Below are positions 38,119 through 50,190 of a DNA stretch of 64,000 nt, piece by piece; the first letter of the stretch is position 1, and every line of letters starts with the position of its first letter. Source of the stretch: Anthoceros angustus (taxonomy: Eukaryota > Plantae > Anthocerotophyta); assembly GCA_010909165.1 (NCBI GenBank), contig MU008169.1, positions 1-64,000 of the forward strand. The letters run 5' to 3'. A program made the translations under genes and the position numbers. The notes under the pieces were generated by a model. The model was given only the letters and a program-made list of their open reading frames with translations. It had not been told where the DNA came from and searched no databases.

Positions 38119-41100
38119 CTAGCGAATTGTCGAAATGGCGGAGGCCACGGTGCCATGGCGCGCCCAAGCTAGGAGTCAAACCTTGAATCCATTTCCTGCG
38201 GTGAATTGATTACTGATTGCACACATGATGCCCCTAAGAGAATGGAACATTTGGTGAGTGCACAAGTGAGGACGCACACCTCCTCCTAATCATCAAACAT
38301 CATTCGATTGTGTACATTTGTGCCAATGAAGGGCTCCATCTTCAATAGGCGTTGCCCTCGATCGATGGTGAGCCACCTTCTCCGTCGCAAGAGTCGTCCA
38401 CCTGGGTGTTCAAACACAGGCTGGCCGTTGTGAGTGCATTCGGATCTCCTTGGCATGGTATGGATGAAGTCGCTGCCCGGTTCTGGTATGGCGCCATCCA
38501 GAGCTTGTGCATCCCAAGCCGATCGCCGTGCCCGAGCACGTTCCATGCGCAGCAAGAACTTCGCAGACGCTTCAAAAAGGGGGGATTCAGCAATGGCGGC
38601 CACCAAGCTAGCGCTCGGTGGCTGCTCCCACCTCCATACCATTATGCAAACCACCCTCAAGCACCACAGCAGGGGCCTCAAGAACAAGGAATGCTAGTGC
38701 AGGCGCCTCCATGTCTGAAGCGAGAGCAGGAGGCGGGAGCCGGGTGCCGGGGAATGAAAAGGTGATAGAGGAGGTGGGTGGCTACAGGCCTTATGTTGTG
38801 CGATTACGGGGACGTGTGCAAAGGGCCACAGGAAGGGTATGACTTGGCCAAGATCATTAGATGTCGAAGACTTAGTAATGACCACATCCGGGGAAAGCGT
38901 GATCAATGAATTGTCTTTTTCTGTCCGTGTGTGGAATGCCTAGTGCTCACCGAATCCATTTGCCGAAGACATCATGTGTGCACAGTGCATTAAATTAGCA
39001 TGTGGTAGATGAGAAGTACAAAGGGACCCGGTGGAATGTAGTGCACATTCGTCCAAAACACTAAGGGTTGATACTCGAATCACGAAAGCTCTCTTCCACA
39101 ACTGTAGTCACAACAAGTTGTGCTTGAGTGAGGTGTAGATTCCACTTCTTCTCTCGGTGGTGCCATGTCAAACTTGCATGCTTGGACAAATTCAGTAAGA
39201 TGCAATCATGGAGATCCAAGGGCAAGCTGTAGACAAACCCGGCCACGTCCTTCTGCAACTGGTAGTAATGACCAACCACCACCTCCTCCCTAGATTGGTA
39301 GTTTGTATCGCTCCAGGGGCAGTGTCTGGACACTCTCACCTTGTGCTTTGCTTCCGTGCAACGGAGGAGGTAGAAGTCCTGCCCTTCGTCTTCTGGGTCT
39401 GCAAACACAAGGAAATTGTCGCCAACTTCCAATATATCAGCCAGGTGAGACACGTCAACAACATCCTCATCTTCACGATCGCCCAATGCAGTGACCCTCC
39501 ACCATTCTTGCTGCTGGTTGCATGCCTGTAATTCGAGCAACCTGTATCGCATGAGGTCCGATCGTAACACGCTTCCAATATCCGGTGAGGGACCGTGGGA
39601 CAATCGGCATGGTTGCTCTCAAGGCACTCAAGGCATGCATGCCAAGCTCCGCATCCTCAAGCTGCGTAGGGTCATCCACATTGCAACCATACAGCTATGC
39701 ATCAACTTAGAGCACGGAATGGGGTCACATGCATGCTTGTTCCTCCTGTTCACCTCATTTTTCCCTATCAGCCAAAAACTCCTATGCACGCCATGTTCTC
39801 CAGATGCATAGGAGGTTGATGCGCCACCTGAGATGTTGTTGCAAAGGTACTCCACCACATCTTGAGCATTCTGCAGCCAACCAGCTGTTGGAGAGGACTC
39901 GGCTGCACGAAGAGCTCGCTTCAGGATTGCACCAACACCGTCATGTTCTCCCTTACCGTGCCCACTACCAAAATATGACCAAAGCATGTTACACCCTCCC
40001 GTGAGGCTTGGATGCGAGCAATGAAGTAGCTTGGTCGACATGCCTTGAATTGGCTTGCCCCATCGACCAGCACGGTGTTCCAGGTAGTGGGAATCCGAAT
40101 CCTGCATCCAGCGCCATTGATGCAGCAAACAATGTTGCACAAAAGAGTGTCATGAACCATATCGTCACTAATATAAAATGGTAATACTTCTCTATGGTTG
40201 ATGAAGGGTCTTCGCATCAAGAGGGCCATTGCGAAAACACGAGAACCGGAATGGATACAGTCGCTTTTGCGGTGCATAGATTGGATTTTGTTACGCACGC
40301 CAAAGCATAGTTCGCGAAAAGTCCATCACGATACTACAACATCTTGGGAAACCATTCTAGGCCTTTGCGAACTCTATCCCTTGCCAGCGCTGAACAAAAT
40401 CATGGAGCACAAACTCCTTCAGCTTGATCTTCAGGTGCTCCACAAACTCTGATGGGTGTGTTTCCATGAAGACTAACTTGATGCGATTTTTATCATGGCC
40501 ATCTGAATCTTTGCCAACAACTTGGTACTGAAAACATCGCCACTTGAGAACAGAGTCAGGTTGGATAGTTGCATCTACCTCCGATGGACAAAAGGCAAGT
40601 GTACTAACACCACACGAACAAGTTCCTTGCAAGCATGCAAGAGCATGCCAATCAAGATCTGGTTCCTTTGCACAAAGGACACGCTCACAAAGCACCCTCA
40701 CGGCGGCAAGCGGGAAGCATTACATGCAAGATCCGATGACCCTAAAGGAGGATTACAAACAAGGCAAGAGCATTCCACGGTGGCCACGGGTGAACCACGA
40801 AACCGTTCCCCTAAGGCCATTGAAAGCATCCTTTAGGAATGCCATCTCAACATGGTACCTACAACAGCATAGATTGCGCTCTTGTAGGCTCTTTACATAG
40901 AAGGGCTTCAATTTCTCGAATGTACGCTGGCCTACTTGAATATCAGGGTGTTCATGACAGAAGCGAAGGTAGAATTCCGTCTGCACATGGTAGCATCGTA
41001 TGAATCAGTGCGGCTGAATGTATACACAACCCTATGTGTCCGAGCCAACAAGCTTAAGGTACCAAAAGGCAAGACAAGTGGACACATGCCCAAGTTACCA

Positions 41101-41264
41101 GATGACCCAAAAACGGTGGCAAAGGCCCGTGGCAAAGAACGTGACCAAGTGTACATGACCAGGAAGCCACATGCTCATCCAAAAAAGAGGTTGCTCAATA
41201 CAATCATCCTTGGGCATGGACAAAGGGACGGTGAGGGTGACAACTCGGCCACACATGTGCAACC

Positions 41265-41480
41265 GAGTGAAGCGACCATGTGACCACCAAGTCAAGCAAC
41301 CATGTGACCAGAGTGAAGCAACCTTGTGACCACAGGGTCAAGCAACCATGTGCCCACTGGGTCAAGCAACCATGTGACCATAAGGAATGGGAACTTGTGG
41401 TCACCCAGGGTTGCCCCGTGGCCGTCGCCGCTGGCCACAATTGTGGCCAATGAGTCCACCAACCACGTGACCACAAGCAC
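41265..41480. repeat. Intronic motif array AAGCAACCATGTGACCA (second copy 42698-42860)
   Basis: Several closely spaced copies of CAACCATGTGACCA and GTGACCAC. Confidence 0.85.
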
Positions 41481-44058
41481 TACTTGTGGTCACCATGGGG
41501 TGACACAATGTGGCAAGAGGCCCACAGACCAATCTTGTGGTCTCAGGCGCAGGTGGCCATCCGAGCAGCTGGTGAGCACATGGGAAGACCACAATAAGTC
41601 AATGGCACCAAACATCCACAATGGCACAATGTATACGGTACATCGAGCTGCATAAATAGCAACCACCATGTACATCACCCTTATGTGAGACAACATCAAC
41701 GGCGTTTGCACCAAGCATGCATTCGTCTTCCTTGAATGCCTCACACGGACATGAAAGCAAACATCGAACAACGAATTCTCATAAAAACACGAGCGGAGGA
41801 AAACAATAATCCAGCTGCACGACTGGAGACATCACTCAAACATCACCAATAGCGGACTCACCAATCACCACATCACAAACAACATGTCCACCACAACTAC
41901 GCAGATAAAACCGAAGAATGAAAGATCAACTGAGACATATCAAGGAAGTGAGTGATATGCTTGGTAAACGTCTTTGGAGCCGTTCTCAACCGTTTTGTGT
42001 CCTTTGTGTTTGATGAGGGAAGCAAGCTCGAGCGCACAATCGTCCTTGACATACCCAAACAATGTCATTCCGTGTCTTCCTACCGCACCACACCATGACC
42101 ACAATTCACCACGTTCATGCCCTTGCCGAGAGTTTAGTGCGATATAGCGCCTCCTCGACTCCTATCTGCCGAGACGAGAGGACACCGGATGGCTTCCATG
42201 GATGTCCTCCCGAATGATGTTGAATAGTGTGTTCACGGCCTCGGGTGGTCTCCAAATTGCACATCCTTTAGACGTGTACATGCATCCTTCACATTCTTCA
42301 ATATCAAGGCGCAAGGTGGCTATCCTTTGTAGTCATGCAATATCTGACGGTACTCCTTTAGCAATGGCAAGTGGCCAAAAGTGCCAAGATGTCCTTCCGC
42401 ATGATGATGTGTACGCAGAGGTGAGGGACAAAAAATGTTGCCCAAGTTGGCGAGCTACTCGTTGTTTTACGGAGAGAGCACTCGACTCCCCACAGGCGCC
42501 ATAGCCCGCTCGGCTCTCCACTTTGGACGCTTTACATGACCGTTTTGCCAGCCACCACCCTCATGTCTCCTCCCTCGCGAGCATCTAGCCCTTGTTGTTC
42601 ATCTTCCTCCTCGATAACCCGCACCCGGATGTTTGCGGATGCATTGTTTGGGCTGCTTTTCCCTCGACGCCTTCCCATGCTCGGGCTTGGTGAAGCAACC
42701 TTGTGACCACGGTGGTGCAACCATGTGGAGTCAAGCAACCATGTGACCATAAGGAATGGGAACTTGTGGTCACCAGTTGCCCGTGGCCGTCGCCACAATT
42801 GTGGCCAATGAGTCCACCAACCATGTGACCACAAGCACTACTTGTCACCATGGGTGACACAATGTGGCAAGAGGCCCTGAGACCAATCTTGTGGTCTCAG
42901 CGCAGTGGCCATGGTGAGCACATGGGAAGACCACAATAAGTCAATGGCACCAGACATCCACAATGGCACGGCAATGCGGTGTCAGCTGCATAAATAGCAA
43001 CCACCATGTACATCACCCTTACGTGAGAGCCATCAAGCGTTTGCACCAAGCATGCATTCGTCTTCCTTGAATGCCTCACACGGACATGAAAGCAAACATC
43101 GAACAACGAATTCTCATAAAAACAACAGGAGAGAAAACAATAACGATCCAGCGTACGAACCTGGAGACATCACTCAAACATCACCAATAGCCAGACCTGT
43201 CACCAATCACCACATCACAAACAACATGTCCACCACAACTACGCAGATAAAACCGGAAGAATGAAAGATCAACCTGAGACATATCAAGGAAGTGAGTGAT
43301 ATGCTTGGTAAACGTCTTTGGAGCTGTTCTCAACCGTTTTGTGTCCTTTGTGTTTGATGAGGGGCGCGAAGCAAGCTCCCAGAACTGCACAATGCTGTCC
43401 TTGACATACCCTGAAACAATGTCATTCCGTGTCTTCCTACCTGCACCACACCATGACCACAATTCACCACGTTCATGCCCTTGCCGAGAGTTTAGTGCGC
43501 GATATAGCTGCCTCCTACTGACTCCTATCTGCCGAGACAGAGAGGACACCAGATGGCTTCCATGGATGTCCTCCCGAATGATGTTGAATAGTGTGTTCAC
43601 GGCCTCGGGTGGTCTCCAAATTGCACATCCTTTAGACGTGTACATGCATCCTTCACATTCTTCAATATCAAGGCGCAAGGTGGCTATCCTTTGTAGTCAT
43701 GCAATATCTGACGGTACTCCTTTAGCAATGGCAAGTGGCCAAAAGTGCCAAGATGTCCTTCCGCATGATGATGTGTACGCAGGTGAGGGACAAAAAATGT
43801 TGCCCAAGTTGGCGAGCTACTCGTTGTTTTACGGAGAGAGCACTCGACTCCCCACAGGCGCCATAGCCCGCTCAGCTCTCCACTTTGGACGCTTTACATG
43901 ACCGTTTTGCCAGCCACCACCCTCATGTCTCCTCCCTCGCGAGCATCTAGCCCTTGTTGTTCATCTTCCTCCTCGATAACCCGCACCCGGATGTTTGCGG
44001 ATGCATTGTTTGGGCTGCTTTTCCCTCGACGCCTTCCCATGCTCGGGCTTGGTGAAGC
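41314..44058. repeat. ~1.37 kb tandem duplication in the C transposase
   Basis: Junction microhomology GTGAAGCA at ~41313, ~42690 and ~44051. Confidence 0.9.
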
Positions 44059-44982
44059 AGGCCATGCCACAATACCATCATCGGCATGCTCGCTCGCCCT
44101 CATGACTCGCACTTTACCAAAAGGCTTGAGTTAAGAGCGACACAAGCACCCATTAACAAGGCCCCACACGATACACGAATGGCACGATGGCATTACCTCC
44201 ACCGCCAAGATCCGCTTCTTGCAGTTACCACCGACACATCACCGCAAGCTTGAAAAGCGTTACGACGCATCGGCGAAGCGTAACGCGCCAATATCCTAGC
44301 AAACCTAGCATACCGCATCAACCACCGGATCGGTCTGACTCATCATCCACAGTGCACTAGCATCAACATCCATCCGGCCGAAACTGGCGATCTCCTCCAC
44401 TCCGGTGGCGGATCCGGTGAATCTTGGTTTGGTTGCAACATAGTGTGGCTGCGGAGAGCAACCACGCCAGTTCTTGGTGTCATCACCCACAAGTTCCTAC
44501 TCCTTCTCCACATCGGACAAATGACAAGTGCACAAGTCCGCTCATGTCACCGACCTTTCTTTGGGCGTGAGTCCCCAACCACCGATTTCCTCGGCCTTGG
44601 CGGTTTTGAGGTTGACTTGTTAATGCGAGTTGAGCGGTGGTACGCAACCCGATCCACTAGGTAAATAATCCAATTCAAATTCCGCCATAAACCGGCCAGC
44701 CATGGCGTTCATCACAATTGTGGCTAAATGAACTTTGTGTCTGGACAAACCCGTCGAGTGAACTCAACATTTTGTTTATGTGAAATAGATATTTTAATAA
44801 TCTATATATTTTTATATATTAACGCCAAATACAAAAACTCCTGTGCTATAAGCTGTAAAAAAATTAGATACATCCGGGACGATATGAATTACATATATTT
44901 ATATGAACATAGAGAGGACAAATTAAGAGTGTTTCGTCCGTTCCTCACTTAAGTGAGCACCAAAGCATGCTTGCACCCTGTT

Positions 44983-45497
44983 GTGTTCTCAGTCTTCCTT
45001 GGAGGAACACAGGAGCTGCTGACACTGCACACATTTCCTGTTAGTGAAACGAAAGAGGGAGATGGACAGCCTTGCGTGGAGGATGAAGCTTACCTTAAGA
45101 CCTAATCTCCTGGCAACGCGATACTTCTCTCATATAGCAAGCTTCACATCCTGCTCTTTGTCACCCGGCGGTGGTGCCCTGCTGTCCGCCAGCATAAGCT
45201 CCAGCTCTGTTATTCTTTCCATGGCCGTCTTTAGCTTGGCAGCCAAGATTGGGGCCGCATGTATGGAGTAGCGCATCCCCGTTTGATGCTCTTGCTCTTA
45301 GTCCTTCGCCCTCGACCCGGCAAGGACCATGTTTAGGCGTGTGGCTTACACGCTACCAATTTGTTCGATGTGGGACATGGTGTCCCTGGTGGTGATTGCG
45401 AGCCGACAGTCGAATCCTTCTCACGGATTATCCTTCCTTTTTTCCTTCTCTGATACACTTCAGGGCACTCATAGCTCGTTCCCCTTCGAGTCCTCAT
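44983..45497 (-). pseudogene. Antisense intron-containing ORF of copia B (exon 2 continues at 23791-23843, split by C)
   Basis: ATG 45497; frame ..KLKTAMERITELELMLAD.. with 4 in-frame stops; intron GTAAGC(45093)..CTAACAG(45038); spliced frame ends at TAA 23791-93. Confidence 0.6.
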
Positions 45498-45713
45498 GCT
45501 CTTAGTTATCTGCGTGGAGCAGTGCTCGAGGATGAAGACGCAAACGAAGCTGAGTACAGAAATGGTAAAGAGGATGGTCTGCAGGATTCTTATGGCGGCG
45601 GGAGTTTACGCTAGGCTCCCGCGTACTGGTACACTGACAGCGTGAAGTCGGGCGTAACGTTTTCAGAGCGGTGTGAACGCGTTTAACCTAACCTAGCTTA
45701 CCTTTAGAGGGAG

Positions 45714-45861
45714 TGTTAAATATAAAAGTGCGGCTAGTTAGGGTTGGTCATGTGAACCGTTTTTGAGTTGCATATATAGTGAGGCCATATGTATTTGTTC
45801 AACACACATTTTGTTTAATCATTTTTACAAAGTCTGTTTTTCGCTCCTCGCAAAATAAACA
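45714..45861 (+). repeat. 3' LTR of copia B
   Basis: Follows the PPT and is followed by TSD TACAA. Confidence 0.95.
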
Positions 45862-45866
45862 TACAA

Positions 45867-47358
45867 TGCCAGAGCATCGTGTGTGTTGGTTGTGCAGAAT
45901 GTTGGGAGGCTATATTGACGGAATGTGTGGCTCCTACTTTAACTGACAAGCGGTAGAGACCATCGTCTAAGATGCCAGTGCAGATATTGTGTGTTCTATT
46001 CTTGAGGTAGGAAAGGAAACAGCTATCTGCATATAAAAGGACACATGTTGTGTTCTTTGCAAAGACTAGTGGCGGACACTAGGTTTTTGCACATGGCAGG
46101 AACATGGAGGACTTGGTGAAGATGAAGAGTCTGACCTGAATCACATCTGAGTACAACAGAACCTAGGCCGGCTATGGGAAGGTTATGATCATCGCCCAGG
46201 AGAACAATCGGATGTCCTGTGGCTGGGGTGTATGACTCGAAGGAGTCTTTGTTGTAGCAGATATGTGATGTTGCTCCACTGTCCAGGTACCAATAAGCGG
46301 TGGCCGGCTTCGAGGAGGCAAGGCAAATAGTGAGCACACGTGTTGTTGAGGAAGAGTGTTTCTTCGAAGCAACATGAGCGGCAGGCGGGGCCTCTGATCT
46401 TGGTTCCCCATTCTTTTTCTTTCTACAGTCCTTTTCCATGTGATTAGGAATTCTGCACCATTTACAAATAATTCCACTCTTTTTGTTACCCCTGGAAGGT
46501 GTGGAAAAGCTGGATTCGCCATGAGATTTGTTTGGTGTGGAATAAGCAAGTCTATTGGAAAGAGAACTTTTGCCGCGTCCTCTTCCTCTGCCTCTTCCAG
46601 CGTACATCACCTGCTGTCGGTTGGACTTGGGCTCATGGCGTCGACTGGACTCCTGCTAAATCATGGCTCCGATGAGTTCGGCGACACTGATGTCGAGGTT
46701 GTCGTCTGCATCGAAGCCGCCCGAATTCTTTTGGGCTTGTCGAACCACAGCGTTCTGTGTGGTGAGAAATGGTCTGTAGGAGGGTGGGAGGGATATCAAG
46801 AGAACAAGGAATGCAACAAGTTCGGAAACGGAGGTGTTGGTGGCAGCTTCATATTGAGATCTAGCTTGCTGGAAAGTGTTGATATGGTGTTCGACAGTCA
46901 GATTCCTTCATCTTTAGATTGAAGAGGTTGCGCATCGCGGTCATCATACTCATCACATCTCTTGAAGAATATAATTGAGCAAGGTGATCCCACATCTGTT
47001 TAGAAGTTTTTGCTTGACTGCATTGTCTTACCATGTTCAGTGCTAGTCCACTGATCAGGAGGTCTTGAGCTTTTTCATCCCTGGCGTCCCAGGTTTCTTT
47101 GCTCTCGGAGCCCCATTGTGGTCTGGGTGTGGACCCACTTACAACGTCCCATAGATCTCGATTGCGGAAAAGTGCACGCATTCGCAAGCGCCAAACGTCG
47201 TACGCCTGCCCATTGAATCGTCCTTCTCCTTAAAACTGTCACCATAGTTGTGATTCACCACGGAAGGTCGTACTTCATCTTTGGGTGGATCCTTCCTCTC
47301 CTCTCTCTCTCGTCATGTTGTTGTTTCTCCTCTCGTTCGTCCACGTCGGAACCAGCCA
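45867..47358 (-). pseudogene. Copia A gag, zinc knuckle and protease
   Basis: FNGQAYDVWRLRMRALFRNRDLWDVVSG; CKWCRIPNHMEKDC; WYLDSGATSHIC. Confidence 0.92.
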
Positions 47359-47381
47359 TTGCAGGTGGTCACTACTGCAGC

Positions 47382-48038
47382 TTAGAGAGCTGCGAAGCGC
47401 CTACGCATTTCCTCATCATCATGCATGAAATACTGGGCGCAAGGAGCAAGGCAAGGAGAAACCTTTTCTATACTGGCGTGTTTGTCAGGATGACAAGCAG
47501 CAGTAAGGGAAAGTTTGTGATGAAGACAGCTCAGCATGTGTGGATCAGTATGCTCAAGGAGGCGCTTATTGAGATCACGCACTTCTCTTGCTAACTCCTC
47601 TATGCTTGTTCTGCGTAGGGTGTGTTGATGGCGTGGTTCTCTGGCGAGAGTCTTTATCGAACTGAAGGTTTCTTGCTTGCATTGTTGTGAACCTGCATTG
47701 GAGACAGAAGGAAAAGGACCTGCTTGTAGATTTGGGATATGATCAAGAGCGAGTTCAATTGCTTTTACTTGACTTAAACTAAAGATAGTAAGCAAGTTTC
47801 TTCTAGCAATTTCTATTTGCCTCCCTTGATCTTCTACTTTGATTAGAATAGAGCCAATGAAGTTAGCAATAAGTATGGAATCTCCTACTATCTGACTAGA
47901 CTTCCTAGCAATTCTAATCTTTGCATTCCTATATTCTATATCTTGTCTTGCAGCCTTAATCTTCTTCCAATAGCCTTGCTTGCGAGGATTGAAGAATCCA
48001 TCGCATTGAAGCAAGGATTGGATGCACTGAGTGTGCAT
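47382..48038 (-). CDS. Extra 218-aa ORF between the PBS and gag of copia A, unknown function
   Basis: Uninterrupted ORF ending ~24 nt before the gag ATG; short coiled-coil SIEELAREVRDLNKRLLE. Confidence 0.55.
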   Translation of the reverse strand: MHTQCIQSLLQCDGFFNPRKQGYWKKIKAARQDIEYRNAKIRIARKSSQIVGDSILIANFIGSILIKVEDQGRQIEIARRNLLTIFSLSQVKAIELALDHIPNLQAGPFPSVSNAGSQQCKQETFSSIKTLAREPRHQHTLRRTSIEELAREVRDLNKRLLEHTDPHMLSCLHHKLSLTAACHPDKHASIEKVSPCLAPCAQYFMHDDEEMRRRFAAL

Positions 48039-48201
48039 TATTGAAGATTAGGAACCTGCAAACATGACAGCAATCTATGACATGCAATCTAAAGAATCTA
48101 TACATCTTCTAAAAAGAAATGAAGAAGAAGATGAAGAAGAAGAGTAGATCAGCATGTCAAGTTGCCCAATGCAAATAGAGAGCAGCAATGCTTTGATACC
48201 A

Positions 48202-48483
48202 TGATGAGAATCATGGCTGCTCTAGGTAGCAAAACATAGAAGGCAGATAGTAAAAAGCTTTGCACAAAAGAGTTGTATGCATTGATTATAATAGAAAGTA
48301 CAAAGCCTTTATATAGGCTAGGTGGTTATAACCATAAGGTGGTTGTAACCATAAGTAGTTCTAACCTCTAGGTGGTTGTAACAACTAACTACTCAATAGA
48401 CTACCTAAAGCCCTAAGAACTAAATTAATTAATAGTCTTAAGTGCCCTAGTGAAGAGTGCCCTAAATAGGTCATATTTCATCA
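48202..48483 (-). repeat. 5' LTR of copia A
   Basis: Adjacent to the PBS; flanked by TSD CAATG. Confidence 0.95.
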
Positions 48484-48842
48484 CAATGAAGAGTCTCCTA
48501 GCAATTTGGGCAGGCATCAATTATTCTTGTATTAAAACAAATAGTCTAGAAGAGTATGTATAGAGGACTTGATAGTTTGTGTGAGTGATATCATATATAT
48601 GATAGATGTTAAGAAGCTTGGTATGTTAAGATGTTGAGGAGCGGCTGCAGAGGCGGGGAGGATGAGACTCTTTGCATTCTCAAATTAAGTTAAATATATG
48701 TAAATGATAAAAATTATACATGACTTAGAACTCATTCTAACATCTTCATTTGTTAGTGAATTTGTCAAGTATATTGTATTGCACTTAATTTTAAAAGCCC
48801 CACATGATCTTACAATAGTGGAGATAAGCACTAAGAGGCCCT

Positions 48843-48927
48843 GGGGAACTTTACAACGAGGCTTTGGGGAACTTTACAACTAGGCTTTGAGGAACTTTAC
48901 AACTAGGCTTTGGGGAACCTTACAACA
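48843..48927. repeat. ~24-bp tandem repeat GGGGAACTTTACAACTAGGCTTT x~4 (also 58167-58245)
   Basis: Direct head-to-tail units. Confidence 0.9.
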
Positions 48928-49633
48928 ACAACTCATTGAGATAGCCACCTAAAAAGACTGGAGAACTTTACAAGAGCGCCTATTGAGGACAAAGATTGCA
49001 CCTTAGCACAAGGCCACCAAGGACCAAAAATAACTGGGATATATAATAACTTATCCCAATATTAATCAAACCAAAAATACCTTAACCAAGGAGTTTGATT
49101 GAAGTCATGGCTAAAATCTCCGTATTGTAGCTAAGTAGGTAATTGTTTTGTCCATTGCTCATACTATAAAGTTGGCTCTCCTCGCGAAAAAACAAATGTT
49201 CGCTCATGCATATTATAAAGCTCTGCTCGTTGTTACTCATCGATATTACAAAGCTTTGTGCTCTCCGTTACTTTATCACGCTATCGTACCTATTCCAATT
49301 TCCATCGAGCGGCAAATGACCACCATAGACTAGGTACCTACTAGGGAGATAGGTGTCTGGATAGCCTGGTAAAATTGCAGGCCGTGCATGGTTTTGGGAG
49401 GCCGCCATTTGCGTTCTCCAGCCATGGTGTCGACCATGGCTCCTGGAATCGCAATGTGTGGAATGGGGTTTTGTGTCCAAAGACGCAAGGAGGCCACATT
49501 TACCCTCTATGTCGCTATAGTCCTAGGATTTGATCCCAAGGGAATGGTTTTGTGTCAAGATGTTCCAAAACTATGGATTCTAGTCTTCCTACAATCGGTT
49601 CCTACCCGGCCATAATCAACTACGTGTAAGACC

Positions 49634-49740
49634 GCGTGGTGGGTTCGGCCACCGTGGTGGATTCGGCCCGTGGTGGATTCGGCCACCGTGGTGGGTTCGC
49701 CACCGTGGTGGCTGATTCACCACCGTGGTGGGACCCACCC
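49634..49740. repeat. ~18-bp GTGGTGGATTCGGCCACC array (also ~58955-59100)
   Basis: Repeated GGTGG..CCACC self-complementary units. Confidence 0.85.
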
Positions 49741-50090
49741 AGGCCGGCCACGCGCGCGTCGCGATCAACGATTTGGCGCCCGGTTCCATTCGCTCGTTAA
49801 GGGCTATGGTCCTATACTGCAGTTCACATGTACACCGAGTCACACTCATGTGGATTCACACGAGCTCACGGTGGATGCACACCATGGCCACGTGGCGGCA
49901 CCTCACTCCGTCGATTTCCTCGACCCCACAATTTATTCCCAACCTTCCTCGGCGTTCGCGTTTTCTAGACTCTCGCTCACCACTTCCTAAACTCCCTTCA
50001 TACAACGACTCACTCACCCCTTTCTTCTAGGACCTCATACACCACCGCGCACAAGATGTTCCCACAGATCCTCCTCTCTCGGGCCACCAG

Positions 50091-50190
50091 ACCTCTCTTG
50101 GGCCACAGGCCTCACTTGGGCCACCAGACCCCTCCTTGGGCCACAGACCCCTCCTTAGGCCACAGACCCCCCTTGGGCCACACAGACCCC
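50091..50190. repeat. ~18-bp TGGGCCACAGACCCCTCCT array (also ~59433-59565)
   Basis: About 6 units. Confidence 0.85.

Larger units (their letters stand above)
39061..44112 (-). pseudogene. Sola-like DDD transposase of C (intron after FLDMSQ; exon 1 region duplicated)
   Basis: Same motif series as S1: FYISDDMVHDT, DGASQFKACRP, WSYFGSGHGKGEHDGVGAILKR, LEVGDNFLVF; donor at 43273, acceptor at 40981. Confidence 0.88.
23844..44978 (-). mobile_element. C: large Sola-like (Sola2-type) TIR DNA transposon with accessory genes, nested in B
   Basis: Perfect 22-bp TIR GGGTGCAAGCATGCTTTGGTGC (23844-65 / 44957-78); 4-bp TSD TGTT (23840-43, 44979-82); transposase at 39061-44112. Confidence 0.92.
19756..45861 (+). 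mobile_element. Ty1/copia LTR retrotransposon B nested in A
   Basis: LTRs 19756-19905 and 45714-45861, identical except a 2-nt indel; TSD TACAA (19751-55, 45862-66); PBS TGGTATCAGAGC 19906-17; PPT AGAGGGAG 45706-13. Confidence 0.95.
14858..48483 (-). mobile_element. Ty1/copia LTR retrotransposon A, full length (~7.5 kb without nested B)
   Basis: 282-bp LTRs TGATG..CATCA at 14858-15139 and 48202-48483; TSD CAATG (14853-57, 48484-88); PBS TGGTATCAAAGC (48190-48201); PPT (reverse complement of CTCCCACTCACT) from 15140; empty site at 57813. Confidence 0.95.

Noticed and set aside
43296-43901. 201-aa plus-strand ORF
   Set aside because: It is the antisense shadow of transposase exon 1.
44943-44957. 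CTCACTTAAGTGAG palindrome as a Helitron 3' hairpin or TTAA target site
   Set aside because: It lies just inside a 22-bp TIR that has a matching left TIR and a TGTT TSD; no CTRR end or Rep-helicase seen.
46440-46922. 160-aa plus-strand ORF
   Set aside because: It is the antisense shadow of copia A gag.
48843-48927. 24-bp repeats as a CRISPR array
   Set aside because: Units are directly adjacent with no unique spacers; eukaryotic TE context; no cas genes.
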